Positions 1 to 7,701 of a stretch of DNA of 64,000 nucleotides are shown here, piece by piece. The notes under the pieces were generated by a model, which ran no database searches, was not told where the DNA came from, and was given only the letters and a program-made list of their open reading frames with translations. The stretch lies in contig CBFGCD010000001.1 in assembly GCA_965647125.1 (NCBI GenBank), positions 186,449-250,448 on the forward strand. The letters run 5' to 3'. The stretch's first letter is position 1; every line of letters begins with the position of its first letter. Both the position numbers and the translations under genes were made by a program. This DNA comes from Candidatus Gastranaerophilaceae bacterium (GTDB lineage: Bacteria > Cyanobacteriota > Vampirovibrionia > Gastranaerophilales > Gastranaerophilaceae).

Positions 1-543
1 TGCGTAATTTTCATCTTCATAATCCTCTCCAAAAAAACAAACAATACCAAGCGCATCAACCCCTTTTTTAACGAGTCTTTGTGCTGATTCAATCAAGGTT
101 TTTGGATTTTTTAAGTTTCCTGATGAAATTCCGTTTTTTATTTTGATTTCAACCCCTACAGGCTCTTTTGTGTATTCAATTGCTTCAATATTAATTCCTT
201 GAACCATTTTTAGTGCAGAAATTGTATTCAGATGAACGTTTAAGATATTTTCAGGGATTTCACAATCAAAAATAAGACCAATTTTATTTGTTTCAAATTC
301 TTTTTTAGGAATGATTCCAATATTTCCTTTAAAAAATTCGTCAAATAAAAACCCCTCCAAATAGCTCATATTATAATTTATGGCACTTAAAATCCCGCCG
401 TTTACAGCGTTTGGATTGATAATCACATGGAAATATTTTGAAAATTCTCTTGCTAAATATCCAAAATCCCCCGCATATCCTCCAATTTCAGCTCCAATGC
501 CTGTTGGGATTGAAATTGCTATTGTTTTTTTATTTTTGTTCAT
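1..543 (-). CDS. DUF3326-like conserved hypothetical protein, N-terminal ~180 aa (gene continues beyond window start)
   Basis: Not in the ORF track because it is truncated by the window edge. Own translation from ATG (cat at 541-543): MNKNKKTIAISIPTGIGAEIGGYAGDFGYLAREFSKYFHVIINPNAVNGG..., open to position 1. The IPTGIGAxIGGYAGD motif matches my memory of DUF3326 (cyanobacterial/plastid lineage). Confidence 0.5.
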   Translation of the reverse strand, partial: MNKNKKTIAISIPTGIGAEIGGYAGDFGYLAREFSKYFHVIINPNAVNGGILSAINYNMSYLEGFLFDEFFKGNIGIIPKKEFETNKIGLIFDCEIPENILNVHLNTISALKMVQGINIEAIEYTKEPVGVEIKIKNGISSGNLKNPKTLIESAQRLVKKGVDALGIVCFFGEDYEDENYA

Positions 544-555
544 TTTTTCTTTCTC

Positions 556-1497
556 TTAATACCCGCGTGCAATTTGCAAAAATAATGTTTCAAGAATTGT
601 TTTATCCTGTAGGTTTGCATTTTTCATTTTTATTGCATTATTAACTAATTTTATGTCGTTTTGGATTTTTGCAACAAGTGCTTGATTATTCAGGTTTTGT
701 TTTAAGGTGTCTTTTAAAAATTCTAAAAATTTATTCAATAAAGCTTCAAAATCATCTTCGCAAGAACTTATTATTTCAAGGAAATTTGAAGCGATATCAA
801 GAGCATTGTCATAATTGATATTTGGGTAAACATTTAAACAATTTTGAATATTGCTGTAATTGATTTGTTTTTTTGCTCCGCTTAATTTAAAAACAAGACA
901 TCTTGAAACAATTGTTTGTAAAATATTTTCTTTTGATTTTGTTAAAAAAACAAAAGTTGTGTTTTTTGGCGGTTCTTCAATTGATTTCAAAAGAGCATTC
1001 GGGGTTGTTGTATGAAATGTTGAAAAATTCAGCGGCTCAATTGAAAAACCAATTTCAGACTCATAGTCCATTTTTTTAAATTCTTCTTTTTTAGATTCTT
1101 CCAATTCTTTTTCATTTGATGAAAAAAAGATAAAAAATCGATGATAATCGCTTGATAAGGTGAGATTTTTTTCAATTTCAAGCGCTTGTTTGACAGAAAT
1201 TACTGTTTTTGTTTCGTCATTTTCTCCTTTAAAATGAATCTGTGAAACATTATTAACCGCAGGATGCGAGTGAGATTTAATCCATTTGCAATTTGTACAG
1301 GCGCAGTTTTCTAAATCTTCCTTGCAATTAAGATTGCGTGCAAGTTCAAGCGCAAAAAGATATTGTCCTGTTGTATCTTCACCCTCAAAAATTAATGCCT
1401 GGGGAAATAGCTTCTTGTTTTCTTTTGATAATTCCAAAATCTGTGTAAAATAATTGTACGCAAAAGGGAATTTTTCTTTTAAAATTGGGTTAATCAT
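556..1497 (-). CDS. holB: DNA polymerase III delta-prime subunit
   Basis: 313 aa. Clamp-loader AAA+ layout with degenerate P-loop region (ALIFEGEDTTGQYLFALELARNLNC), Zn module CACTNCKWIKSHSHP, SIEEPPKNTTFVFLT, and SRC motif TIVSRC. AAGGA SD before ATG 1497. Immediately downstream of a holA-like gene. Confidence 0.75.
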   Translation of the reverse strand: MINPILKEKFPFAYNYFTQILELSKENKKLFPQALIFEGEDTTGQYLFALELARNLNCKEDLENCACTNCKWIKSHSHPAVNNVSQIHFKGENDETKTVISVKQALEIEKNLTLSSDYHRFFIFFSSNEKELEESKKEEFKKMDYESEIGFSIEPLNFSTFHTTTPNALLKSIEEPPKNTTFVFLTKSKENILQTIVSRCLVFKLSGAKKQINYSNIQNCLNVYPNINYDNALDIASNFLEIISSCEDDFEALLNKFLEFLKDTLKQNLNNQALVAKIQNDIKLVNNAIKMKNANLQDKTILETLFLQIARGY

Positions 1498-1505
1498 ATT
1501 TTCCT

Positions 1506-2504
1506 TTATGAAATTTTTATTTGTTCATTTTCAAAAAAAGCTAATTCAAGCGCGCATATCGGGTCTTTGATTGTTCCTTGTTTAAGTTTGAATTCTGCTT
1601 TTGTTAAATTGATTTTCAGTCTTATTAATTCTTCAAGTGGAATTTTTGCAATTTTTTCTAAATTTTTCTTTACGATAAATTCATTTTGATTTAATTTGAC
1701 AGCTAAGTCGTAACTTCTTAATTTTTTTGAATAGATTTTTAATTTAGTGAGGTTTGAAAATGTTGATTGGATAAAAGCAAGGGTTGGAAGATAGTGTTCT
1801 TTTTGTAAAATATCTGAAATTAATTTCAGGCTTTGTGTATAGTCCTTGTTTAAAATTAAATCAACAAGTGCAAAGATATCGCAATTAACACAAACAACTT
1901 CTTCAACCATTTCTTTTGTGATTATGTTTTTTGGATAGGCATAAAGTTTTAATTTTTCAAGGCTGTTTGAAATATCTCTTAATGATGTTCCGACAGTTTG
2001 GATTAAAAGATTTATTTCGCCATTTCCGATTTTTAACTCTGATTCATCTGCCATTTTTTTAATAATCGGAATTAATTTATAATCTTCGTAGCTTTTATAG
2101 CTTTGAAATTCTTTGGGTTTTGTTATTTTTATTAATTCTTTGTAGAGCTTTTTTCTGCTGTCGGGTTTTTTCTTTTCGCCTTTTGGTGTCGGGCAGATTA
2201 AAATCAAATGAACTCTTTGTGAAACGTTATTCAAACCCTCGATTAATTCTTTTGTTTGTTTTTCGTCTAATTTTTCTTTTTGTTTGGATTCAAGAAAATA
2301 CCTGGGACATTTTACAACAATTACAACATCCCCAAACATCATCGCATTTGTTCTTAGGGTTTCTGAAAAAGTTGAAAACGAGGGATTGTCGACAACTCTG
2401 TAATTAAGCTCGTTAACATCCCCGTTTAAAACTTGTTTTTTGATTTTTTCTGTTTCTTTTTCTATTAGATAGTCTTCATCCCCAAAAAGAAATTCAATTG
2501 GCAT
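1506..2504 (-). CDS. holA: DNA polymerase III delta subunit
   Basis: N-terminus PIEFLFGDEDYLIEKETEKIKK is typical of HolA. About 330 aa with a helical C-terminal half, adjacent to holB. ATG 2504 has AGGA 7 nt upstream. The track start (GTG 2540) has no SD. Confidence 0.6.
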   Translation of the reverse strand: MPIEFLFGDEDYLIEKETEKIKKQVLNGDVNELNYRVVDNPSFSTFSETLRTNAMMFGDVVIVVKCPRYFLESKQKEKLDEKQTKELIEGLNNVSQRVHLILICPTPKGEKKKPDSRKKLYKELIKITKPKEFQSYKSYEDYKLIPIIKKMADESELKIGNGEINLLIQTVGTSLRDISNSLEKLKLYAYPKNIITKEMVEEVVCVNCDIFALVDLILNKDYTQSLKLISDILQKEHYLPTLAFIQSTFSNLTKLKIYSKKLRSYDLAVKLNQNEFIVKKNLEKIAKIPLEELIRLKINLTKAEFKLKQGTIKDPICALELAFFENEQIKIS

Positions 2505-2542
2505 TTTGTTTTCCTGATTCCGAATCCTGCCTTTTGGCACAA

Positions 2543-3496
2543 CTAGCTATTAAGCAGCAAACTTGCACCGATAACGCCTGCGGTGTTTGCTAATTGCGCA
2601 GGAACAACTTTTACACTCTGTGCTTGAATCGGCATTGCTCTATCTAAAATAGTCTGTCTTATCGGTTCAAGCAAAATATCGCCCGCATCTGCAACTCCGC
2701 CTCCGATTATTATTTTTTCGGGATTTAGCAGATTAACAACAGAAGCCAAGCCTGTTCCGATTATTTTTCCCATTTGTTTAAAAATTTGCAGCGAAACAGC
2801 ATCTCCCTGCAGTGCTGCTTGTGCTACGATAAAGGGCGTTATGATTCCGTCTGTTGCCATTTCTTTATATTTTGCAGATTTTCCTCCGCTTATGTATTCT
2901 TTTGCCATAGTAACAATTGCAGGACCCGATGCATAAGCTTCAAAACAGCCGTAATCACCACAGCCGCACAATGGGCCTTTTTTCATATCCATTTTAATAT
3001 GTCCGATTTCCCCTGCAGCGTTAGCGCAGCCTCTGACTAATTTGCCGTTTAGGACAATTCCCGAGCCGATTCCTGTTCCGATTGTAATGCAGATTAAATT
3101 TTCACATCCTTTTCCTGCGCCAAAGTTTAATTCGCCTAATGCGGCACATCGAACATCGTTATCAAGTTTTGTTTTGATTTGAAATTCGTCTTCAATTATC
3201 TTTGCAAGAGGAATATTGACCCAGCCCGGGATATTTGGAAGATTTTTAACAAGTCCTTGTTTGTAATCAATCTGTCCTGGTAAACCGAAACCAATTGCTT
3301 CAATTGTTTGTGCGGATTCGTTTGTTTCCTGTATTAAATCTTTAATTGCTTGTTTGATGTTATTTACCCCTGCTTCATAACCCATTTCGGCTCTTGTCGG
3401 GGTTGTTGCGTTATATACAATTTTTCCGTCCAAATCAACAAGGGCGATTTTTATGTTTGTTCCTCCGATATCAATCCCTATTCTGTATTTTTTCAT
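2543..3496 (-). CDS. ROK-family glucokinase
   Basis: IGIDIGGTNIKIALVD phosphate-1 motif, ITIGTGIGSGIV, and ROK Zn site GHIKMD...CGCGDYGCFEAYASG. AAGGAGAGG SD. Confidence 0.85.
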   Translation of the reverse strand: MKKYRIGIDIGGTNIKIALVDLDGKIVYNATTPTRAEMGYEAGVNNIKQAIKDLIQETNESAQTIEAIGFGLPGQIDYKQGLVKNLPNIPGWVNIPLAKIIEDEFQIKTKLDNDVRCAALGELNFGAGKGCENLICITIGTGIGSGIVLNGKLVRGCANAAGEIGHIKMDMKKGPLCGCGDYGCFEAYASGPAIVTMAKEYISGGKSAKYKEMATDGIITPFIVAQAALQGDAVSLQIFKQMGKIIGTGLASVVNLLNPEKIIIGGGVADAGDILLEPIRQTILDRAMPIQAQSVKVVPAQLANTAGVIGASLLLNS

Positions 3497-3666
3497 ATCC
3501 TCTCCTTAAATCTTTTAATACTTGCGCTCAGCCATATATTAATTCTAGCATAAAATTTTTTATGTTTCGCTGTGTAACAATTTTTAAACTATTTAATAAA
3601 TTTTGGTCAATTTCAGTCTTTTATTTGTTTTATTTAATCTATGAAAAGAAGCGAAAGGATTAATGT

Positions 3667-4059
3667 GTGAAATCAAAAACGCTGTATTCATTTTCGTTCA
3701 AAGTTCCAAACGATACAACAATATCTTTTAAATCAAGAACCGATTTAAAAATTTATCCTTATAATTCTATAATTGTTGCTTGTGCGATTTTGAATAAAGA
3801 ATCTAAAAAATTGTTCTTAAATTCAATGGTTGAAAATTTATTTGATTCAAATATTTTCAGAATAATTAATTCCGATGGAAGCGCTGTTGTGCGTTCATCA
3901 TGTGCTTTGGGCGGAGTGATTTATCCTTTTAATATTTTTACGGATGTTTATAATACAGCACTCAATATCCAAAATACAAAAGGCGCAATCACAAAAGAAG
4001 ACTCAATAATCCTTTTAAATCAATTCGGTGATATAATGAGAAATCTATCAGAGGTTTAG
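3667..4059 (+). CDS. hypothetical protein (130 aa)
   Basis: ORF with GTG start 7 nt after AAAGGA. No recognisable motifs. Confidence 0.35.
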   Translation: MKSKTLYSFSFKVPNDTTISFKSRTDLKIYPYNSIIVACAILNKESKKLFLNSMVENLFDSNIFRIINSDGSAVVRSSCALGGVIYPFNIFTDVYNTALNIQNTKGAITKEDSIILLNQFGDIMRNLSEV

Positions 4060-4129
4060 AATAATGTTTTTGACAGCAATTAAAGTATTTTTTATGATAA
4101 TTTTTTAAATATTTTTTAATTGGGTGAAA

Positions 4130-4681
4130 TTATTTAATCAACCCTTGAATTTCTTTGAAATTCGGATGTTTTGAACTTTTTAAAAATTCAAACAACAATA
4201 TTTCAAGCGTTTTAACTTCTGCCCCTTTTTGTTTCATCAATTCAAGCGCTGTTTTGTGGTTAAATTCATCTCTTGAAGCACAGCAATCACAGACAACATC
4301 AACCATAAAACCTGTTTTAATTAAATCCAAAACTGTTTGGTAAACACAAATGTGCGTTTCAATCCCGAAAACTATAACCTTGGTTTTTTTATCATAATTT
4401 TGCGGAAAATATTCCCTGATTTCATTTTCGTCTAATGCGCTGAATGAATTTTTATCAAAAGTTTTGAAGTCTTTAATGTTTTTAATTTCCTCAATTGTAT
4501 CCCCCAGCCCTTTTGGATATTGCTGTGTTAGAATTGTTTTGATATCAAGAATTTTTGCAGCTTTTAATAATTTAATTGCGTTATTTTTAACATCAAATTT
4601 TCCCATCGCGGAATTTTCAATCATTTTAACAAGTTTATCCTGAATGTCGATTCCTAAAATTATAATATTGCTATTTGTCAT
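4130..4681 (-). CDS. isochorismatase-family cysteine hydrolase
   Basis: ILGIDIQDKLV (catalytic Asp region), QQYPKGLG, VIVFGIETHICVYQTVLDL (Cys nucleophile context). 183 aa, typical size. Confidence 0.75.
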   Translation of the reverse strand: MTNSNIIILGIDIQDKLVKMIENSAMGKFDVKNNAIKLLKAAKILDIKTILTQQYPKGLGDTIEEIKNIKDFKTFDKNSFSALDENEIREYFPQNYDKKTKVIVFGIETHICVYQTVLDLIKTGFMVDVVCDCCASRDEFNHKTALELMKQKGAEVKTLEILLFEFLKSSKHPNFKEIQGLIK

Positions 4682-4808
4682 TTTTAACCTTTCTTGTTTA
4701 TGGTTTTGAAAATCTATTGTTTATTTTATTATAAAATAAAATAATGCCTGTGTAAGTTATGACCTTATTTAAACTTTTGTTAAATCAGGCTTTGTTTTAT
4801 TGGCAATA

Positions 4809-4837
4809 TTGACAATATGTATCTTATATGATACACT
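4809..4837 (+). promoter_or_regulatory. sigma-70-type promoter of the toxin-antitoxin pair (TTGACA-17 nt-TACACT)
   Basis: TTGACA at 4809-4814 and TACACT at 4832-4837. The ATG at 4844 lies about 7 nt after the -10 and has no SD, suggesting a leaderless or near-leaderless transcript. CAATAT direct repeat (4804-4809, 4813-4818) overlaps the -35. Confidence 0.45.
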
Positions 4838-4843
4838 AATAAT

Positions 4844-5164
4844 ATGAAGACTATTTTAAAATATCAATTGCCAAATGGTAAAATTCCGTATGATGAATGG
4901 TTTTGCAATTTAGATAAATCAATTCAAGCTAAAGTTTTAGTTAGAATAGAAAGGCTTAAAATAGGACTTTATGGCAATTATAGGAATCTTAAAAAAGGAA
5001 TCAGTGAATTAAAATTTATATCAGGTGAGAGAATTTATTTTTATGAAGATGAAAATACAATAATCTTACTTTTAAACGCAGGAAACAAGCAAAGACAATC
5101 AAACGACATTAAGACCGCTCAAATATATCTTGAAGATTATAAGAAAGGAGATAGTAATGAATAA
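4844..5164 (+). CDS. addiction-module killer protein (RelE/ParE superfamily, Gp49/HigB-like)
   Basis: 106 aa. LPNGKIPYDEWF...AKVLVRIERLKIGLYGNYRNLKKGISELKF..GERIYFYEDENTIILLLNAGNKQRQSNDIKTA matches my memory of the TIGR02683-type killer family. Overlaps the antidote gene by 8 nt. Confidence 0.8.
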   Translation: MKTILKYQLPNGKIPYDEWFCNLDKSIQAKVLVRIERLKIGLYGNYRNLKKGISELKFISGERIYFYEDENTIILLLNAGNKQRQSNDIKTAQIYLEDYKKGDSNE

Positions 5165-5468
5165 TAAAACAATTGAATATAATTCTCTTGATTATTTAAA
5201 AGACAACATTGAACTACAAAAAGAATATATAAGTGAATTATTGAATGAATATATCAAAGATAACAATATTGAAGCTTTTTTATTTTCACTTGAACCTTTA
5301 ATTAAGCTTCAAGGCTCAATCAGCGATTTTGCACGCAAAAGCGGAATAAACAGAACTTATTTTTATAAACTTTTTAAGCACGAAGTAACGCCTGAGTTTC
5401 CTACAATTGCGCTTATTATTAAGCATTTGGGTTTTGATATTAATTTTAGTTTAAACCATTGCGCTTAA
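5157..5468 (+). CDS. addiction-module antidote protein (HigA-like HTH)
   Basis: ATG 5157 preceded by AAAGGAG. N-terminal YLKD...EYISELLNEY and HTH FARKSGINRTYFYKLF....PEFPTIALIIKHLGFDINF are typical of the TIGR02684-type antidote. The track start (5130) is probably too early. Confidence 0.8.
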   Translation: MNNKTIEYNSLDYLKDNIELQKEYISELLNEYIKDNNIEAFLFSLEPLIKLQGSISDFARKSGINRTYFYKLFKHEVTPEFPTIALIIKHLGFDINFSLNHCA

Positions 5469-5738
5469 ACTGTTAAATTCATAAGGATTCTTAATTTTCA
5501 AAAATCCAGAGTTTCCTTAGGAATAAAATCCCCAACTACTGCCGATTTTCACAAGTTTTTAACCATTATCATCCTTTTGCTTTTACTAATCATTAAATCT
5601 ATTTTAGCATATCTAAAATAAACCAAGCCGATTATTTGAAGATAAAGATTGTTTTTATTAATAAAAACAGCGGACAATTTGCCCGCTTTGACCTAAAAAT
5701 AATTTTTCGCTTTAATTCTTGACTTATGCGATTTTAAT

Positions 5739-6335
5739 CTATTTCACCATTTCAACAACTTCCCTTACTGTTTTCACAATTTCTTCATGTGTTTCTTTTA
5801 AATAAAGTCCTCGTCCGACACCTACTGCGATTGCACCGGCGTCTAAATATCCTTTGATTTCATCTAACTTTACAAACCCGCAGGGAAGCAGGTTTAAAAA
5901 TGGCATCGGCTTAATTAATTCTTTAATATAATCAACCCCGCCCATTTTATCTACAGGATAAATCTTAATTAAAGCTATTCTTGATTTCCAGGCACTGTAT
6001 GCTTCGTTTGGTGTTGTTGTTGAGGGGATAAGGAATGTCGAATAGCAGGAAGCAAAGCGAATCAAGTTTGATTGCAAAATCGGACTTGAAATTATTTTTG
6101 CCCCTGCTTGGAGCGCTTTTTGTGCCTGTGCTGTTGTAATTATCCCGCCTTGTGCGATTATAATTTCTTCGTGTTCTTCGTGAATTTTTTTAGCGGCTTC
6201 AAGCGGGGAATTAAACTCAATTATCTTTATTCCGCCCTCAATATATGCTTTAGCGACTTCATAAGCCCTGTTTGAATCATCTTCTCTTATAATTCCGTAA
6301 ATTTTTTCTTGTTTTATTTTTTCAATTAATTTCAT
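5739..6335 (-). CDS. KDPG/KHG aldolase (Eda)-like class I aldolase, divergent
   Basis: Aligns by eye with E. coli Eda: GGIKIIEFNS (Glu kept; Arg of EVTLR replaced), AGAKIISSP, FLIPSTTTPNE, Schiff-base Lys in IKIYPV, GGVDYIKEL. Confidence 0.6.
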   Translation of the reverse strand: MKLIEKIKQEKIYGIIREDDSNRAYEVAKAYIEGGIKIIEFNSPLEAAKKIHEEHEEIIIAQGGIITTAQAQKALQAGAKIISSPILQSNLIRFASCYSTFLIPSTTTPNEAYSAWKSRIALIKIYPVDKMGGVDYIKELIKPMPFLNLLPCGFVKLDEIKGYLDAGAIAVGVGRGLYLKETHEEIVKTVREVVEMVK

Positions 6336-6649
6336 GCGGATACCAGCGTTTTTTCGATTGTGTTGTTTTTGACAAATTGCTCCATGTTGTGCAATCTTAG
6401 AATTGAAATTGCTTTTCTTGTTTGCTCATCTTTAACAAGCCAGCATAGTTTTTTTTCAAAATTGTTTAAAAAACAATATGTGGATGAAAGAATTGCAATT
6501 TTTACAGCTTCAAAAATATTAAGCGTTGAAATATCGATAATAAATCTTTCTTTATCTTGTGAACAATTAAATTTTAGTGGGGTTTTATCGCTTTCGATTA
6601 TGAAATTATTTTGCGATATTGTGATTTTTTTAATGGTTTTCATTTTCAT
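6332..6649 (-). CDS. hypothetical protein (105 aa), possibly STAS-like
   Basis: ORF overlaps the start of the Eda-like gene by 4 nt (coupled). FIIDISTLNIFEAVKIAIL faintly resembles STAS/anti-sigma-antagonist folds. Not secure. Confidence 0.4.
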   Translation of the reverse strand: MKMKTIKKITISQNNFIIESDKTPLKFNCSQDKERFIIDISTLNIFEAVKIAILSSTYCFLNNFEKKLCWLVKDEQTRKAISILRLHNMEQFVKNNTIEKTLVSA

Positions 6650-6740
6650 TCTTTTTTTGCTACAAAATAATTAACGGCATTATTTTTCGTATTTTTATTT
6701 AAATTTTAAAAAAGTAAATCTTTTGGTGTATAATTTTTTT

Positions 6741-7268
6741 ATGGAGCAATTAATTGAAAAAGCAAAGAAAATAAAACTTGTGGCGTTTGATGTGGATGGC
6801 GTTATGACGGATGGGTCGCTTTCTTTTACGCAAGACGGTGTTGAAATTAAAACATTTAATGCAAAAGACGGGCTTGGCGTTGTTATGCTTTCGCGTGCGG
6901 GGTTTATAACCTCTATTATTACTGCAAGAGAAAATAATACCGTTAAATTAAGAGCGGAAATGATTGATATTAAAGAATTATACATGGGTCAAAAAAATAA
7001 AACCCAAGCGCTTGAAGATTTAATTAAAAAATATGATTTAAAAAAAGACGAAATTGCCTATATGGGTGATGATTTGCCTGATATTTGCGTTTTGCGCGAG
7101 GTTGGGCTTTCCGTTTGTCCGAATGATGCGGTTTTAGAAGTTAAAAAAATCTGTAATTTTATTTGCAATAAAAACGGCGGCAGAGGCGCTGTGCGTGAAC
7201 TTTGTGATTTTTTACTTGATGCTAAAGGGATAAATTACGACATGATTTCAAAACCAAATAAACAATAA
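6741..7268 (+). CDS. kdsC: 3-deoxy-D-manno-octulosonate-8-phosphate phosphatase (HAD-IIIA, YrbI family)
   Basis: IKLVAFDVDGVMTDGSL (DxD), FNAKDGLGV, IITAREN, AYMGDDLPD, GGRGAVRELCDFLLDAKG. ATG at 6741 (the track TTG at 6723 is less likely). Confidence 0.85.
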   Translation: MEQLIEKAKKIKLVAFDVDGVMTDGSLSFTQDGVEIKTFNAKDGLGVVMLSRAGFITSIITARENNTVKLRAEMIDIKELYMGQKNKTQALEDLIKKYDLKKDEIAYMGDDLPDICVLREVGLSVCPNDAVLEVKKICNFICNKNGGRGAVRELCDFLLDAKGINYDMISKPNKQ

Positions 7269-7353
7269 TTGTTAAAAATTGTTAAAATTATTAATTTTTT
7301 TTATTTATTGGTTTTAATATAATTAATAGTACATAATGTAATCGGGAGGCGAT

Positions 7354-7695
7354 ATGAGAAAAATTGTTACTTTAAGTTTAATTTCATCAATTTTATTATC
7401 AGGAATGATTTTTATTGATGCTAAAGCTTACGATAGAAGTTCTTATTATACTTCAAGCAACACTAAAGGAAAATTTGATTCAAGACAAACCAGAGCATCA
7501 AAAAGAAGACAAGCAAAAGAATTAGAAGCTCAAAATTTGGAAAATCAACAAGAATTTGCCGCAGCAGCAAGAATAGATTACGATAACGGCTATACTTACA
7601 GCAGAATTATTAAACCGTTAAAAAATAATTATCATAGCTCAAATCGTTCAACTAAACCATCTAAATTAAGAAATAATTATTACCAAGGAAATTAA
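7354..7695 (+). CDS. small secreted protein (signal peptide), unknown function
   Basis: GGGAGG SD. N-terminal MRKIVTLSLISSILLSGMIFIDAKA signal-like segment. Polar, Q/N/R/K-rich remainder. Confidence 0.55.
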   Translation: MRKIVTLSLISSILLSGMIFIDAKAYDRSSYYTSSNTKGKFDSRQTRASKRRQAKELEAQNLENQQEFAAAARIDYDNGYTYSRIIKPLKNNYHSSNRSTKPSKLRNNYYQGN

Positions 7696-7701
7696 TAATT
7701 A

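Noticed and set aside
5469-5738. 270-bp gene-free region after the toxin-antitoxin pair, inspected for tRNA fragments, sRNA, riboswitch or repeat
   Set aside because: Only a weak 5-bp stem (AGCGG/CCGCT) near 5669-5687. Nothing I can support as a feature.
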